DNA of 64,000 nt from Chitinophagales bacterium (GCA_030832185.1 JAURJQ010000027.1:14436-78435), one strand, 5' to 3'; shown: positions 8,552-17,666, counted from the stretch's first letter. Notes: generated by a model from the letters alone, not told the origin. Numbers and translations are program-made.

Positions 8552-8972
8552 AGCTTATTTCATTACTCAATTCATTGTCGGGGATTCTCTTTTCTGGAAA
8601 ATGCTCTTTGAGTTTTTCACCTACAGCTTTTACTCCATTCAATACGCCAGAGTATATAGAATCAGTTGCAAATTTCGATTTCATATCATTTATAATATAC
8701 TCCCAGTAATCATTTCCTACTATAGAGTGTATCCCTTGGTCTCCTATGATAGCCAGCTTGTGGTCTTCAGTAGCTATATAGATGAGAATTCCCGTTTTAT
8801 GTTCTGTGCGGTACATTTCTAATTTATTAAAAATCTCTACCGCTCTGTCGATGGGAGAGTCTGGACATAAATCTTCTATATGCAGGCGGAGTTCGCCTAC
8901 AGTGGATGATTCTATGTCACTAATGACTTTTACAATAGTATCAGACTCTTGGTCGGTAAAAAAATTGCTCAT
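8538..8972 (-). CDS. TPM-domain protein (small cytoplasmic-type)
   Basis: ISDIESSTVGELRLHIE...TEHKTGILIYIATEDHKLAIIGDQGIH is typical of the small TPM partner in LemA-TPM-TPM operons. It overlaps the next gene by 14 nt. Confidence 0.8.
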   Translation of the reverse strand: MSNFFTDQESDTIVKVISDIESSTVGELRLHIEDLCPDSPIDRAVEIFNKLEMYRTEHKTGILIYIATEDHKLAIIGDQGIHSIVGNDYWEYIINDMKSKFATDSIYSGVLNGVKAVGEKLKEHFPEKRIPDNELSNEISYGKI

Positions 8973-8993
8973 GAGCGTCGTTGAGTTCTCAGA

Positions 8994-9590
8994 TTATTTT
9001 TTTTCTGTACCGAAATCTACCTTGGGTGCCGCAGCAGCAGCTGCATCTGCCTGAAATGGAGTGCGAGGGGTAAACCCAAACCAGCCAGCATAGATATTTT
9101 GAGGAATAGACTTAATTAAGGTATTGTATTCAGCTACTACCTCGTTAAATCTATTTCTTTCTGTATTGATTCTATTTTCAGTGCCTTCTAGCTGATCTCT
9201 TAGCTCCCTAAATCCTTGATTAGCTTGTAGATTTGGATAATTCTCCGAAATAGAAATCAATCGTCCTAATGCTGCGCCTAATTGGCCTTGAGCTTGCTGC
9301 CACTGCATCATTTGCTCTGGCGTAGCTTTAGATACATCTAATTTCATTTGAGTAGCACTAGCTCTAGCTTCTACTACTTTTGTTAACGTTTCTTGTTCGA
9401 AATTTGCCTCCCCTTTTACAGTCGATACTAGGTTTGGAATTAAATCTAATCTGCGTTGATAAGCTGATTGCACATTGGCCCATTGCTTGTCTACGCCTTC
9501 GCGTTTAGCTACCATATCGTTATAGCCACATGAGGTCATTAGCATTTGAAACGTTGCTGCTAAAATTAAAAAGAGAGTCGATTTTTTCAT
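8994..9590 (-). CDS. LemA family protein
   Basis: Lipoprotein-like N-terminus (LMTSCGYN). LemA motifs are present: VDKQWANVQSAYQRRLDLIPNLVSTVKG...ENRINTERNRFNEVVAEYN. Confidence 0.9.
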   Translation of the reverse strand: MKKSTLFLILAATFQMLMTSCGYNDMVAKREGVDKQWANVQSAYQRRLDLIPNLVSTVKGEANFEQETLTKVVEARASATQMKLDVSKATPEQMMQWQQAQGQLGAALGRLISISENYPNLQANQGFRELRDQLEGTENRINTERNRFNEVVAEYNTLIKSIPQNIYAGWFGFTPRTPFQADAAAAAAPKVDFGTEKK

Positions 9591-9626
9591 TCTTAAATTC
9601 TTAAAGGTTTAAAGTATTATTAAAAC

Positions 9627-9634
9627 CAAAATTA
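9627..9634 (-). promoter_or_regulatory. Bacteroidota-type -7 promoter box (TAnnTTTG) for the LemA operon
   Basis: Plus strand CAAAATTA is TAATTTTG on the minus strand, 36 nt upstream of ATG 9590. Confidence 0.45.
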
Positions 9635-9663
9635 ATGGTTTTAGTTCTTATTATGGTTATATA

Positions 9664-10431
9664 TTAAAAATTGGCGTCAAGTTCTCCTGGCTTGAAAGGT
9701 CGATTAAACTGTATCGATTTGACGCTAGCTTCACCGAATACACTTGTGAATTCACTAGCATAATAATATCCTTCTGGCGATCGAACTATTTTTTTGAAAA
9801 CTACTTCGTCTTTTTTCTCTTCACCATTTGAATAATATATCGTGACAATTTTTGATAGGTTCATAGAAAGCATATTGAAATAGAAGATATGCTTCATATC
9901 ATTAAAGCCTAGCATCTGTATATATTTCTTTTCGGCAGGATTCTGCTCGATTGCGGCAGGTGGATCCATACTGGTGGCAACTGCCGCAGACATCACAACT
10001 CCTCCTCCCAAGTCATGCTCAGATTGTATCTCTTGAATAGAAAATTCTTCTTTAAGGTTTAGAAACGGATATAAATTAATCCAAATTTTTTTCCTAAAAT
10101 GAACTTCAGAACTTGCTTGAGCAAACTCTTTTTGTTTTCCATTGGCGCTCACTAATTTGTATACACTTGCATCTAAGTATTCGATAGAATTTCCTTTGGG
10201 CTCTTTCATTTCTAGTTTGTAGGCCATATTTTCCATGAGCCAGAGGGTAGCAGGAAATTTTCCATCAGGCGTGTTTATCTCTAATTCCATTTTGACAGTA
10301 AAAACTGGTTTCAGTTTTTTTTCTTCATATAGCTTGAATCGGTACTTCGAAATCATTTGCTGAGCATCTTGAGCCTGAGCATAAAGCCATGTAAGGGATA
10401 ATAAAGTTAAGATCAATTTAGGGTAATTCAT
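9664..10431 (-). CDS. Hypothetical secreted protein
   Basis: Clear signal peptide (MNYPKLILTLLSLTWLYAQAQD). I recognise no family. A LolA-like fold is only a guess. Confidence 0.7.
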   Translation of the reverse strand: MNYPKLILTLLSLTWLYAQAQDAQQMISKYRFKLYEEKKLKPVFTVKMELEINTPDGKFPATLWLMENMAYKLEMKEPKGNSIEYLDASVYKLVSANGKQKEFAQASSEVHFRKKIWINLYPFLNLKEEFSIQEIQSEHDLGGGVVMSAAVATSMDPPAAIEQNPAEKKYIQMLGFNDMKHIFYFNMLSMNLSKIVTIYYSNGEEKKDEVVFKKIVRSPEGYYYASEFTSVFGEASVKSIQFNRPFKPGELDANF

Positions 10432-10462
10432 TTTTTAGTAGAATAGTTTGGTGATATATAGA

Positions 10463-10470
10463 CAAAATTA
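10463..10470 (-). promoter_or_regulatory. Bacteroidota-type -7 promoter box (TAnnTTTG)
   Basis: Plus strand CAAAATTA is TAATTTTG on the minus strand, 31 nt upstream of ATG 10431. Confidence 0.45.
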
Positions 10471-10539
10471 ATCGAAATAAGTTACATAATAGAGTAAAAG
10501 TATTCCTATAATTTTAGAAATGGGTAAATTTTCAGCTGT

Positions 10540-11622
10540 CTATTCAATATAACTCACCACTATGTGGTGGTCTGAAAGAGCGTTTTCTATCTTCTCATAA
10601 GCATTCACGCTAAGATTAGCTGAGCTGAATATATAATCTATCCTATAAATAGGCAATCCTATAGAAATCGTATTCGAGAGACCAAGCCCTTTTTTACGAA
10701 AAGCATCTTGATAATGCTGAGATATGACATGATATGCATGAGAGGCGGGAATATCATTTAAATCACAACACAAAATAACGTTTGTCGAAGTAGTTGACTT
10801 GTTCAATAATAATTCTAGTTGTTGCCCCCTGCTTTTATAAGCCGTTAGTATTTTATATATAACACGCCATGACTTTAATTTATCTAGTATACTCCATTCT
10901 TTTTTTACCCCTTCTATATAGGCCAGGTCTTCATAGTTCAGGTGTATGGATTGCAGGTGGGCATTATATATTGTGTAAATTTGACCATTATGACTTAACT
11001 GAGCAGATACACATTGGTTGGTAGAAGATTTCTTTTCATTTAATTTCAAAGATTTACCTTTTTGAAGAGGAGTTTTAGAAAATATGGCTAAGCCCCACTG
11101 ACCTCCAGCTTTTTGACTGTAGGAAGGAAAAAAGCTACAGTATTTATATCCTAGTTTTTTTAAGGCAGTTAAATTATCATGCTGGTTTTTATTGGTATAA
11201 AACTCCTGGAGACACATCACATCTGGATCTATAGAATCTATCAGTCTAAACATATTCTGTCGTGTTTCCTCATTTTTTGTCCAGTTATATAGGTCAAAAT
11301 TCTTAACATTCCATGACATGATTTTTAACCCTTCTTTTTTTTGATTAAAGTTGAGCGCTACACTTCCAGTTATAAACTTAAATGATAAGCCAACTAGAAG
11401 AAGTGCAGCAAGTGCTATCCATTTATTTCTTTTCAGATAGATAATCCCTATAATGAATGTAGCGAGTAATAAGGGTATAAAGCCCAGTCCAAAAGGAGCA
11501 AAGAGAATAGTTGTTTGAGGGGATACAATATGTGCTGCTATGCTAAAACTGAATCCAGTAAATAGAATAAAAAGTAAAGCGTTTTTTATATTTTTAAAAA
11601 AACTGTATATTGCTCCCCACAT
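10540..11622 (-). CDS. Endonuclease/exonuclease/phosphatase (EEP) family protein with N-terminal TM helices
   Basis: Three N-terminal hydrophobic helices precede EEP motifs (LKIMSWNVKNF...DPDVMCLQE...LSDHHIVVSYI). Confidence 0.85.
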   Translation of the reverse strand: MWGAIYSFFKNIKNALLFILFTGFSFSIAAHIVSPQTTILFAPFGLGFIPLLLATFIIGIIYLKRNKWIALAALLLVGLSFKFITGSVALNFNQKKEGLKIMSWNVKNFDLYNWTKNEETRQNMFRLIDSIDPDVMCLQEFYTNKNQHDNLTALKKLGYKYCSFFPSYSQKAGGQWGLAIFSKTPLQKGKSLKLNEKKSSTNQCVSAQLSHNGQIYTIYNAHLQSIHLNYEDLAYIEGVKKEWSILDKLKSWRVIYKILTAYKSRGQQLELLLNKSTTSTNVILCCDLNDIPASHAYHVISQHYQDAFRKKGLGLSNTISIGLPIYRIDYIFSSANLSVNAYEKIENALSDHHIVVSYIE

Positions 11623-11627
11623 GGTCG

Positions 11628-12302
11628 TTAGTAAAATTTTCGTTTGTCTTTATTAAAATATTTGGTTAGCAAATACCCGGTAAGAATTCCTCCTAGGTGA
11701 GCGAAGTGAGCCACATTATCGCCTTGAAAACTTGCCACACCTAAAACTGTACTTATAACTGCAGCTCCTATCAATAAATATTTTGCTTTAATGGGAAAGG
11801 GGATGAAAAATACAAAGAATTCAGAATTAGGGAAAAGCAAAGCGACAGCCGCAAAAATTCCAAATACAGCCCCAGAAGCTCCAACACCAGAGGTGCCGAC
11901 AATATGTCCTACGCTTGCGAGTTCTTCTTCTCTGGGCACGAAATGCCCTAGTTCACTATAGACCATAATTGCCTGAATGAGCATATAAAAAAGACCTGCA
12001 CACAAACCACAAATTAGATAGAAATTCAATACGCGTTTCGATCCCCAAAACCTCTCTAAAAGGCTACCTATAGAAAACAAAGAAATCATGTTAAATGCTA
12101 TATGGGCCAAACTGGCATGCATAAAGAAATGTGTAAAAAATTGATACGGATGGAAATTCTGATGGCTGAAATAATAGAGAGCTAATTTCTCCTTAAGACT
12201 AAAGTCTATAATAGGAAATACAAAAGGCAGAAGATAATCTGCCATAAACATGATAACATTTAAAATGATTAAGTTTTTTACCGCAGGGGTTATATTATTC
12301 AT
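11628..12302 (-). CDS. Rhomboid-family intramembrane serine protease
   Basis: A multi-pass membrane protein with the GASGAVFG catalytic Ser motif and AHFAHLGG His motif. Its ATG overlaps the mutL stop (ATGAATAA). Confidence 0.9.
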   Translation of the reverse strand: MNNITPAVKNLIILNVIMFMADYLLPFVFPIIDFSLKEKLALYYFSHQNFHPYQFFTHFFMHASLAHIAFNMISLFSIGSLLERFWGSKRVLNFYLICGLCAGLFYMLIQAIMVYSELGHFVPREEELASVGHIVGTSGVGASGAVFGIFAAVALLFPNSEFFVFFIPFPIKAKYLLIGAAVISTVLGVASFQGDNVAHFAHLGGILTGYLLTKYFNKDKRKFY

Positions 12303-14130
12303 GAAAATATTTTTCTATATCCTGATAAGGAAGTGTGTAAAAAATAGGTTTACCGCCAGGGGTAGTCTGATAATTTTCTCTCTGGAAAATATTCTGAGAT
12401 AGATAGCCGACCTCCTCTTCTGACAAAGTTTGGCTGCGCTTTACACTCGATATTTTGCATATAGATATTAGAATTGCTTCTTTTTTGGAGTTGTTAGCTT
12501 TAAAGTTGTTTTTAAAATTCTCTACTAACTCTATTAATAGTTCCTTTTCATTTCCACCGGGTAAATCCGCAGGAATACCTTGTATAGCAAATACTTGATT
12601 TCCCATAGGACTAATATCGAATCCGAGATGCAGGAGATCATTCATAATTTCTTCTAACACGAAACTATCCTGAATAGAAAAATCAATACAGATAGGAAAG
12701 AGAAGTCGCTGGCTAGCTATTTTTTCTTTTAAAGAAAGCTTGAGCATTTCATCATATAAAATTCGCTCATGAGCGCGGCGCTGGTCTAGTAATAGCAATC
12801 CTATATTTGAAGGGAGAATTATATACTTGTTTAGAATTTGTGTGGGCTTGCCTACTATTTCTATGGGTGCACGCTCAAACCCAAGGTTTGTAGGTAGGGG
12901 TGCATTTCTATTTACGTCTTTAATTTCACCTGTATAGTATTCATCCTGAAGTGATTGGGAAAAGATAGCTTCCCAGTTCTTTTCATTTTGCTTGCCAAAA
13001 GTTAAGCCCACGCGGCCATTACTCGCAGAGCTTGTATTGGTTATTTCTATTTCATTTTTTAAGGTATTGGGTCTAGCTACGGCATCCATATTGTGAAATA
13101 CGCTATCAATACTAAAATCTATAGAAGGTGCGAGATTGAACTGCATGAGCGATCGTCGAATGGTAGCATTGATAAAGCCATAAACCAGTTGCTCATCTTC
13201 AAATTTGATTTCCTGCTTCGTAGGATGCACATTTATATCTATCAGCTTGGGATCTATATCTATAAAAATGACATAGTAGGGATAATCTCCTGGTTGTATC
13301 AATTCTTTAAAGGCTGAGTATATCGCATGCTGAATATATTGGCTTTTGATAAATCGCTTATTGACATAGAGGTATTGCTTGCCTTTTGATTTAGAATTTG
13401 CGGCATTGGGCTTACAGACAAAGCCGGATATCTTCAATATATCTGCTGCCTCTTCTATTGGTACGAATTTGTCGTTGTAACTTTTGCCAAAAATATCACA
13501 AATCCTTCTTAGACTGCCAGCTGGCAATAAACGATAGAGTTCATTTTCATTGTGGTAGAGTGAAAATTCAATTTCGGGGTAAGCTATGGCTAGTCGACTA
13601 AATTCGGCTATAATCAAGGACATTTCCTGCGGATCCGTTTTTAGAAAATTTCTACGCGCTGGTACATTGTAGAACAGATTTTTCATAGAAAAATGGGTCC
13701 CGCTAGCCATGCTTGTGGGCTCCTGAGAGGCTACTTGACTATTTTCAATGACTATTTTTGTACCGTATTCATCTATGTCTCGCTTAGTTTTCATCTCTAC
13801 CTGTGCTACAGCAGCTATAGAAGCTAGAGCTTCTCCTCTAAATCCATTGGAGTGGATCTTAAACAAATCATCAATCGTACGTATTTTAGAGGTAGCATGT
13901 TTTTCAAAGCACAATCTAGCATCGGTCATACTCATACCAGTGCCATTGTCTATGACTTGAATGAGCGCTTTTCCTGCTTCTTTGACTATGAGAGATATCT
14001 TAGTCGCTTTGGCATCGATAGCATTTTCTATCAGCTCTTTGACCGCACTAGCTGGACGCTGGATTACCTCACCAGCAGCTATTTGGTTTGATATGTGGTC
14101 GGGAAGAAGTTGTATAATATCGTGCATCAT
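12295..14130 (-). CDS. mutL: DNA mismatch repair protein MutL
   Basis: N-terminal GHKL ATPase motifs are present (NQIAAGEVIQRPASAVKELIENAIDA...DNGTGM...GFRGEAL). The length (611 aa) is typical. Confidence 0.95.
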   Translation of the reverse strand: MMHDIIQLLPDHISNQIAAGEVIQRPASAVKELIENAIDAKATKISLIVKEAGKALIQVIDNGTGMSMTDARLCFEKHATSKIRTIDDLFKIHSNGFRGEALASIAAVAQVEMKTKRDIDEYGTKIVIENSQVASQEPTSMASGTHFSMKNLFYNVPARRNFLKTDPQEMSLIIAEFSRLAIAYPEIEFSLYHNENELYRLLPAGSLRRICDIFGKSYNDKFVPIEEAADILKISGFVCKPNAANSKSKGKQYLYVNKRFIKSQYIQHAIYSAFKELIQPGDYPYYVIFIDIDPKLIDINVHPTKQEIKFEDEQLVYGFINATIRRSLMQFNLAPSIDFSIDSVFHNMDAVARPNTLKNEIEITNTSSASNGRVGLTFGKQNEKNWEAIFSQSLQDEYYTGEIKDVNRNAPLPTNLGFERAPIEIVGKPTQILNKYIILPSNIGLLLLDQRRAHERILYDEMLKLSLKEKIASQRLLFPICIDFSIQDSFVLEEIMNDLLHLGFDISPMGNQVFAIQGIPADLPGGNEKELLIELVENFKNNFKANNSKKEAILISICKISSVKRSQTLSEEEVGYLSQNIFQRENYQTTPGGKPIFYTLPYQDIEKYFHE

Positions 14131-14161
14131 AAAAAATTGAGAGTGGGTTATACTCTCAATT
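14131..14161 (-). terminator. Rho-independent terminator after the rhodanese gene, abutting the mutL ATG
   Basis: Minus strand reads AATTGAGAGT-ATAACCC-ACTCTCAATT followed by TTTT, then immediately ATG of mutL. Confidence 0.65.
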
Positions 14162-14191
14162 TAAATTTGTATTACTAAACAAAAATAAGAA

Positions 14192-14500
14192 TTATTCGCT
14201 AGCTCCTACCCAATTCATCATACCGCCCTTGAGGTTATATACATTGTCAAAACCTTGGGATTGCAAAAATAGACAGGCTTGCATACTTCTATTGCCACTT
14301 CGACAAATAAAAAGATAAGATTTTTCTGGATCTAGTTGATCGAAATTATCGTGAAACTCTCCGTTATTCCAATCATATCCCGTGGCTGCTTCCGGTATTT
14401 TTCCTTCTGCTATTTCAGTTGAGCTTCGCACGTCTATAGGAATGACTCCTTCAGATAGGAGTTGATTATATTCGTCTACTGTTGATATTTCTTTTAGCAT
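14192..14500 (-). CDS. Rhodanese-like domain protein
   Basis: A 102-aa single rhodanese domain with active-site loop CRSGNRS. Confidence 0.85.
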   Translation of the reverse strand: MLKEISTVDEYNQLLSEGVIPIDVRSSTEIAEGKIPEAATGYDWNNGEFHDNFDQLDPEKSYLFICRSGNRSMQACLFLQSQGFDNVYNLKGGMMNWVGASE

Positions 14501-14509
14501 CGCAATACG

Positions 14510-15187
14510 TTAACTTCTACGACTATTTAAAATGGAAATATAATAAAGCAGATTCAGCACAGATGCGATAGCGTTGACCACATAGGTCATAGCCGCCCAC
14601 TTGAGACTGTCTTTCGCCTTATCATATGATTCACCTTGCATGCCTTTAGTATCTAACCATGCTAGAGCTCTATTGGAAGCATCAAACTCTACAGGGAGAG
14701 TAATGATGGCAAAAAGAGTAGTAAGACCGTATAATGCTATACCGATGATGAGTGGAAAGGTGATACCGGACCTCAAGAGAAGAAATCCGCCCATGATTAC
14801 AAACGGCATAATCTTATTGGTAATATTTAATACAGGAACCAATTGACTCCTAAATCCTAACATACTGTATGCTGTGGCGTGCTGCACAGCATGTCCGCAT
14901 TCGTGGGCAGATACAGCTGCGGCGGTGATACTATTCGATTCGTATACTAGTTCAGAGAGATTGACCGTTTTATCTGTAGGATTATAATGATCTGTCAACT
15001 GCCCCGGTGTGCTAATGACTTTCACATCAAAAATGCCATTTTCCTTGAGCATTTTCTCAGCTATTTCGCGTCCTGTGATTCCAAGAGGATTCACCTCTTG
15101 TGAATATTGATTCATTTTGTTTTTTAGCATCATCTGGATAAGAAAACCCGCACCCATTGCTAAAATCATTAAGAAAGTAAAACTCAT
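14510..15187 (-). CDS. Membrane zinc metallopeptidase (Zn_peptidase_2-like)
   Basis: HECGHAVQH (HExxH) lies between an N-terminal TM helix and C-terminal TM helices. This architecture is typical of the putative neutral zinc metallopeptidase family. Confidence 0.8.
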   Translation of the reverse strand: MSFTFLMILAMGAGFLIQMMLKNKMNQYSQEVNPLGITGREIAEKMLKENGIFDVKVISTPGQLTDHYNPTDKTVNLSELVYESNSITAAAVSAHECGHAVQHATAYSMLGFRSQLVPVLNITNKIMPFVIMGGFLLLRSGITFPLIIGIALYGLTTLFAIITLPVEFDASNRALAWLDTKGMQGESYDKAKDSLKWAAMTYVVNAIASVLNLLYYISILNSRRS

Positions 15188-15251
15188 ATTATTATTTTAT
15201 ATATCTGAACATTTTAGTTATTAAAATAGTTTCCGTATTAAATTTTTTTAA

Positions 15252-15608
15252 TCAATTATCCGGTCCACAGGCATCCGCCCAAGACTTAACTTTAATCAAA
15301 ACACTATCGGGAAGCTTGGAGGCAGATTTAGGCATAGAACCGCTAGCCATGACGGAATAAAAATGTCCATGGTCGACGGCTTCCTTTACTCCGGCATAGG
15401 TAGTAAATTGATGTCCCCCAGCATTGCTGGATATACTGTGGCAACCTGAACTATTGCATGAAGATGTCATTAATGGGGCGATAAAACTCTTATAAGAAAC
15501 GGTCGTAGAACTATTCGATGCGCAAGGAGCATGATCATGGTCATCCTTAGCACATCCTAAAACAGCTATCAAAAATAAAACTGGAATTAATTTAATGATA
15601 TTGGTCAT
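15252..15608 (-). CDS. Small lipoprotein with CX4CH motif (PSCyt1-like putative heme-binding domain), paralogue A
   Basis: Lipobox AVLGC. The motif is FIAPLMTSSCNSSGCHS...MPKSAS...VKSWADACG. It is alignable with 15784..16134. Confidence 0.7.
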   Translation of the reverse strand: MTNIIKLIPVLFLIAVLGCAKDDHDHAPCASNSSTTVSYKSFIAPLMTSSCNSSGCHSISSNAGGHQFTTYAGVKEAVDHGHFYSVMASGSMPKSASKLPDSVLIKVKSWADACGPDN

Positions 15609-15783
15609 AGGTTTAATATTACGGTGAAAAGAGTATTTTAAATAATGGAAACATACTGCTTCCTTGACTTGAATTTTAATCTATTTTGTTGAATTAATTT
15701 CTATCATAGAATTTGTAGAATGACTCATAATACCATCCGGATTCATAGTGTAATGATATCTAGTATAGATGGGGCTAAAACGA

Positions 15784-16134
15784 TTAATCATTTTTAGCTC
15801 CATTTTGCAGCCAACAAGCGACTTTTTTACTTTCTTCTTCCGTGCAGCTACCAGCCGGGGTCATACCACTCGGAGGGCTTAATCTATCTCCAATATATTG
15901 TTTAATTTGGCCATTATCTACAAAAACTTTTAGACTTGAATAGTTTTCCATATTTTTAGATGGGTGGCAGCCTGAGTTTCCGCATTTTGCTCTAAAAATT
16001 GGTTGAATATCAGCTGCAAACTTAGCACTTACATTGGTGCAATCTATAGTTGTGGTAGACGCTGTACTATCTTTGGTGCAGCTCCAGACAGATAGAATAG
16101 AGACAAAAAAAATGGCGAAGGAAATCTTTTTCAT
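15784..16134 (-). CDS. Small lipoprotein with CX4CH motif (PSCyt1-like putative heme-binding domain), paralogue B
   Basis: Lipobox-like VWSC. The motif is IQPIFRAKCGNSGCHPS...MTPAGS...VACWLQNGA. This pattern resembles the Planctomycete cytochrome C domain, but with CX4CH instead of CXXCH. Confidence 0.7.
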   Translation of the reverse strand: MKKISFAIFFVSILSVWSCTKDSTASTTTIDCTNVSAKFAADIQPIFRAKCGNSGCHPSKNMENYSSLKVFVDNGQIKQYIGDRLSPPSGMTPAGSCTEEESKKVACWLQNGAKND

Positions 16135-16152
16135 ATTGCTAAAATTTTAAGG

Positions 16153-17088
16153 TTATTTATTATTCAAAATAGTAAATATACGAGAAATGTTAAAGCCGAG
16201 TCTCACCTGACCAGCTGTAAATTTGGCTGTATTATTTGGTAGGAACTGACTTTCCATAATGCCAGTATTGGTGCTGAATAACGCATGAAACACGTGTCCT
16301 CCAGTTTCTATCTCTAGTCCCAGACCAATAGGCATTTGGTGGTCTATAACTTTTTGAAAGCTACTCACATTGAGTAGGTGGTAATAATCTGCTATGATGG
16401 CTACTCGCTTGCTTATCTTAGCTCGAGCACCTGCTGCTATGGCGAATTGTGTATTGTTATCTCCAAGTGACACTAAATTTCTATGAATTATGGTAGGTGC
16501 AATGATAACTGAAAATTGGTCATTGATTTTTTTAGCAAATAATAGTTGTCCAAAATAACTAAACCTGTGGGCAGACGTTTTATCAAAATTTGTTATGCTA
16601 CTCGCTAGAGAATTAGACTCCATAGTGGTAAAAGTCAATCCTCCAAATAGTGATATAGCAAGCGGAAATCCATTCTTACGCTGTTGCATAAGTTTAACCT
16701 TGGTATTCAAATCAAACACTTGAGTTTGACCATATCCACCACCTTTGCTTCTCCCGATACCTATCTGCCATCTATCCAAAATTCCATAATCAAAAGAAAA
16801 ACGGATATCAGAAACATTATCAAATCCAAAAAATGTACTAGCCCCACCACTCTTTCCCGCTATATCTCCGAATCTGTGTGCAATTCTAAAGTCGAGTTCA
16901 CCTCTCTTTACCTGCTCTATTGTGGCGAGATTGATTAGTCTTGTTGTTTTGAAACTAGCTATGACTGGCTCATGTGGGTCTGTGGTAATGGAGCTATCCA
17001 ATAATTTAGAGAGGTCTTCGTCTTGTGCCATTATGCTCAATGTACTGATGAAAAAGCCTCCAAGAAAAATTAATTTGAAAAGCTGCAT
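16153..17088 (-). CDS. Predicted outer-membrane beta-barrel protein (possibly DUF5777-like)
   Basis: Signal peptide (LSIMAQDED) followed by an alternating hydrophobic pattern throughout. The family name is from memory and unverified. Confidence 0.65.
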   Translation of the reverse strand: MQLFKLIFLGGFFISTLSIMAQDEDLSKLLDSSITTDPHEPVIASFKTTRLINLATIEQVKRGELDFRIAHRFGDIAGKSGGASTFFGFDNVSDIRFSFDYGILDRWQIGIGRSKGGGYGQTQVFDLNTKVKLMQQRKNGFPLAISLFGGLTFTTMESNSLASSITNFDKTSAHRFSYFGQLLFAKKINDQFSVIIAPTIIHRNLVSLGDNNTQFAIAAGARAKISKRVAIIADYYHLLNVSSFQKVIDHQMPIGLGLEIETGGHVFHALFSTNTGIMESQFLPNNTAKFTAGQVRLGFNISRIFTILNNK

Positions 17089-17091
17089 AGG

Positions 17092-17637
17092 CTATTTTTT
17101 AATTTGGTTTAGTTCAGCTAAGATAGTCACTTCTATTTCTTCTGCTATATTTTTTACAACAAGTTTTGGAATATCAATTTTGTAGTCTACACATTTGATT
17201 TTAAATTTTGATTGACCTATCAACTTATTTTTATTTATTGTGAGACTTATTGGTATCTCGACTTCCCGTTTTACTCCATGGATAGTCATAGTGCCTTTAA
17301 CCCTCAGTTCATGTGTTTTTTGCTCGCTAAAACTTGGCAAATTCTGTATCGCTCCATCAAATTCTGCCATAGGATACTTGTCAGACTCCATATAGTTTTC
17401 GTTGAAGTGTTCCTGCATTAGTTTTTTCGGAAAATTTAAACTCTTGATTTGCATTTTTACCACAACTTTACCGGACCTTTCATTGAGTGCTATACTTCCA
17501 TTTTGAGTCTTAGCGTTTATATTCTCAAGGGGGGTTTTTGAGAAAATAGTAATTGTAGCATCTTTAGAAAGCCATAGCTGCCCTGTGAGGTTGGATCCTA
17601 AAAATATGAAAGTATAAATTGATAGAATCTTATGCAT
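17092..17637 (-). CDS. YceI-like domain protein
   Basis: Signal peptide, then the YceI-type pattern: SKTPLENINAKTQNGSIALNERSGKV...MQEHFNENYMESDKYPMAEFDG...LRVKGTMTIHGVKREVEIP. Confidence 0.8.
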   Translation of the reverse strand: MHKILSIYTFIFLGSNLTGQLWLSKDATITIFSKTPLENINAKTQNGSIALNERSGKVVVKMQIKSLNFPKKLMQEHFNENYMESDKYPMAEFDGAIQNLPSFSEQKTHELRVKGTMTIHGVKREVEIPISLTINKNKLIGQSKFKIKCVDYKIDIPKLVVKNIAEEIEVTILAELNQIKK

Positions 17638-17658
17638 ACAGAAATAAATTTATAGATT

Positions 17659-17666
17659 CAAATGTA
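17659..17666 (-). promoter_or_regulatory. Bacteroidota-type -7 promoter box (TAnnTTTG) for the YceI cluster
   Basis: Plus strand CAAATGTA is TACATTTG on the minus strand, 21 nt upstream of ATG 17637. Confidence 0.45.

Noticed and set aside
14162-14169. Plus-strand TAAATTTG box in the rhodanese-mutL spacer (a second plus-strand match is at 18835-18842)
   Set aside because: No plus-strand gene follows 14162-14169. This shows that exact matches do occur by chance in AT-rich spacers, so individual promoter calls are kept at moderate confidence.
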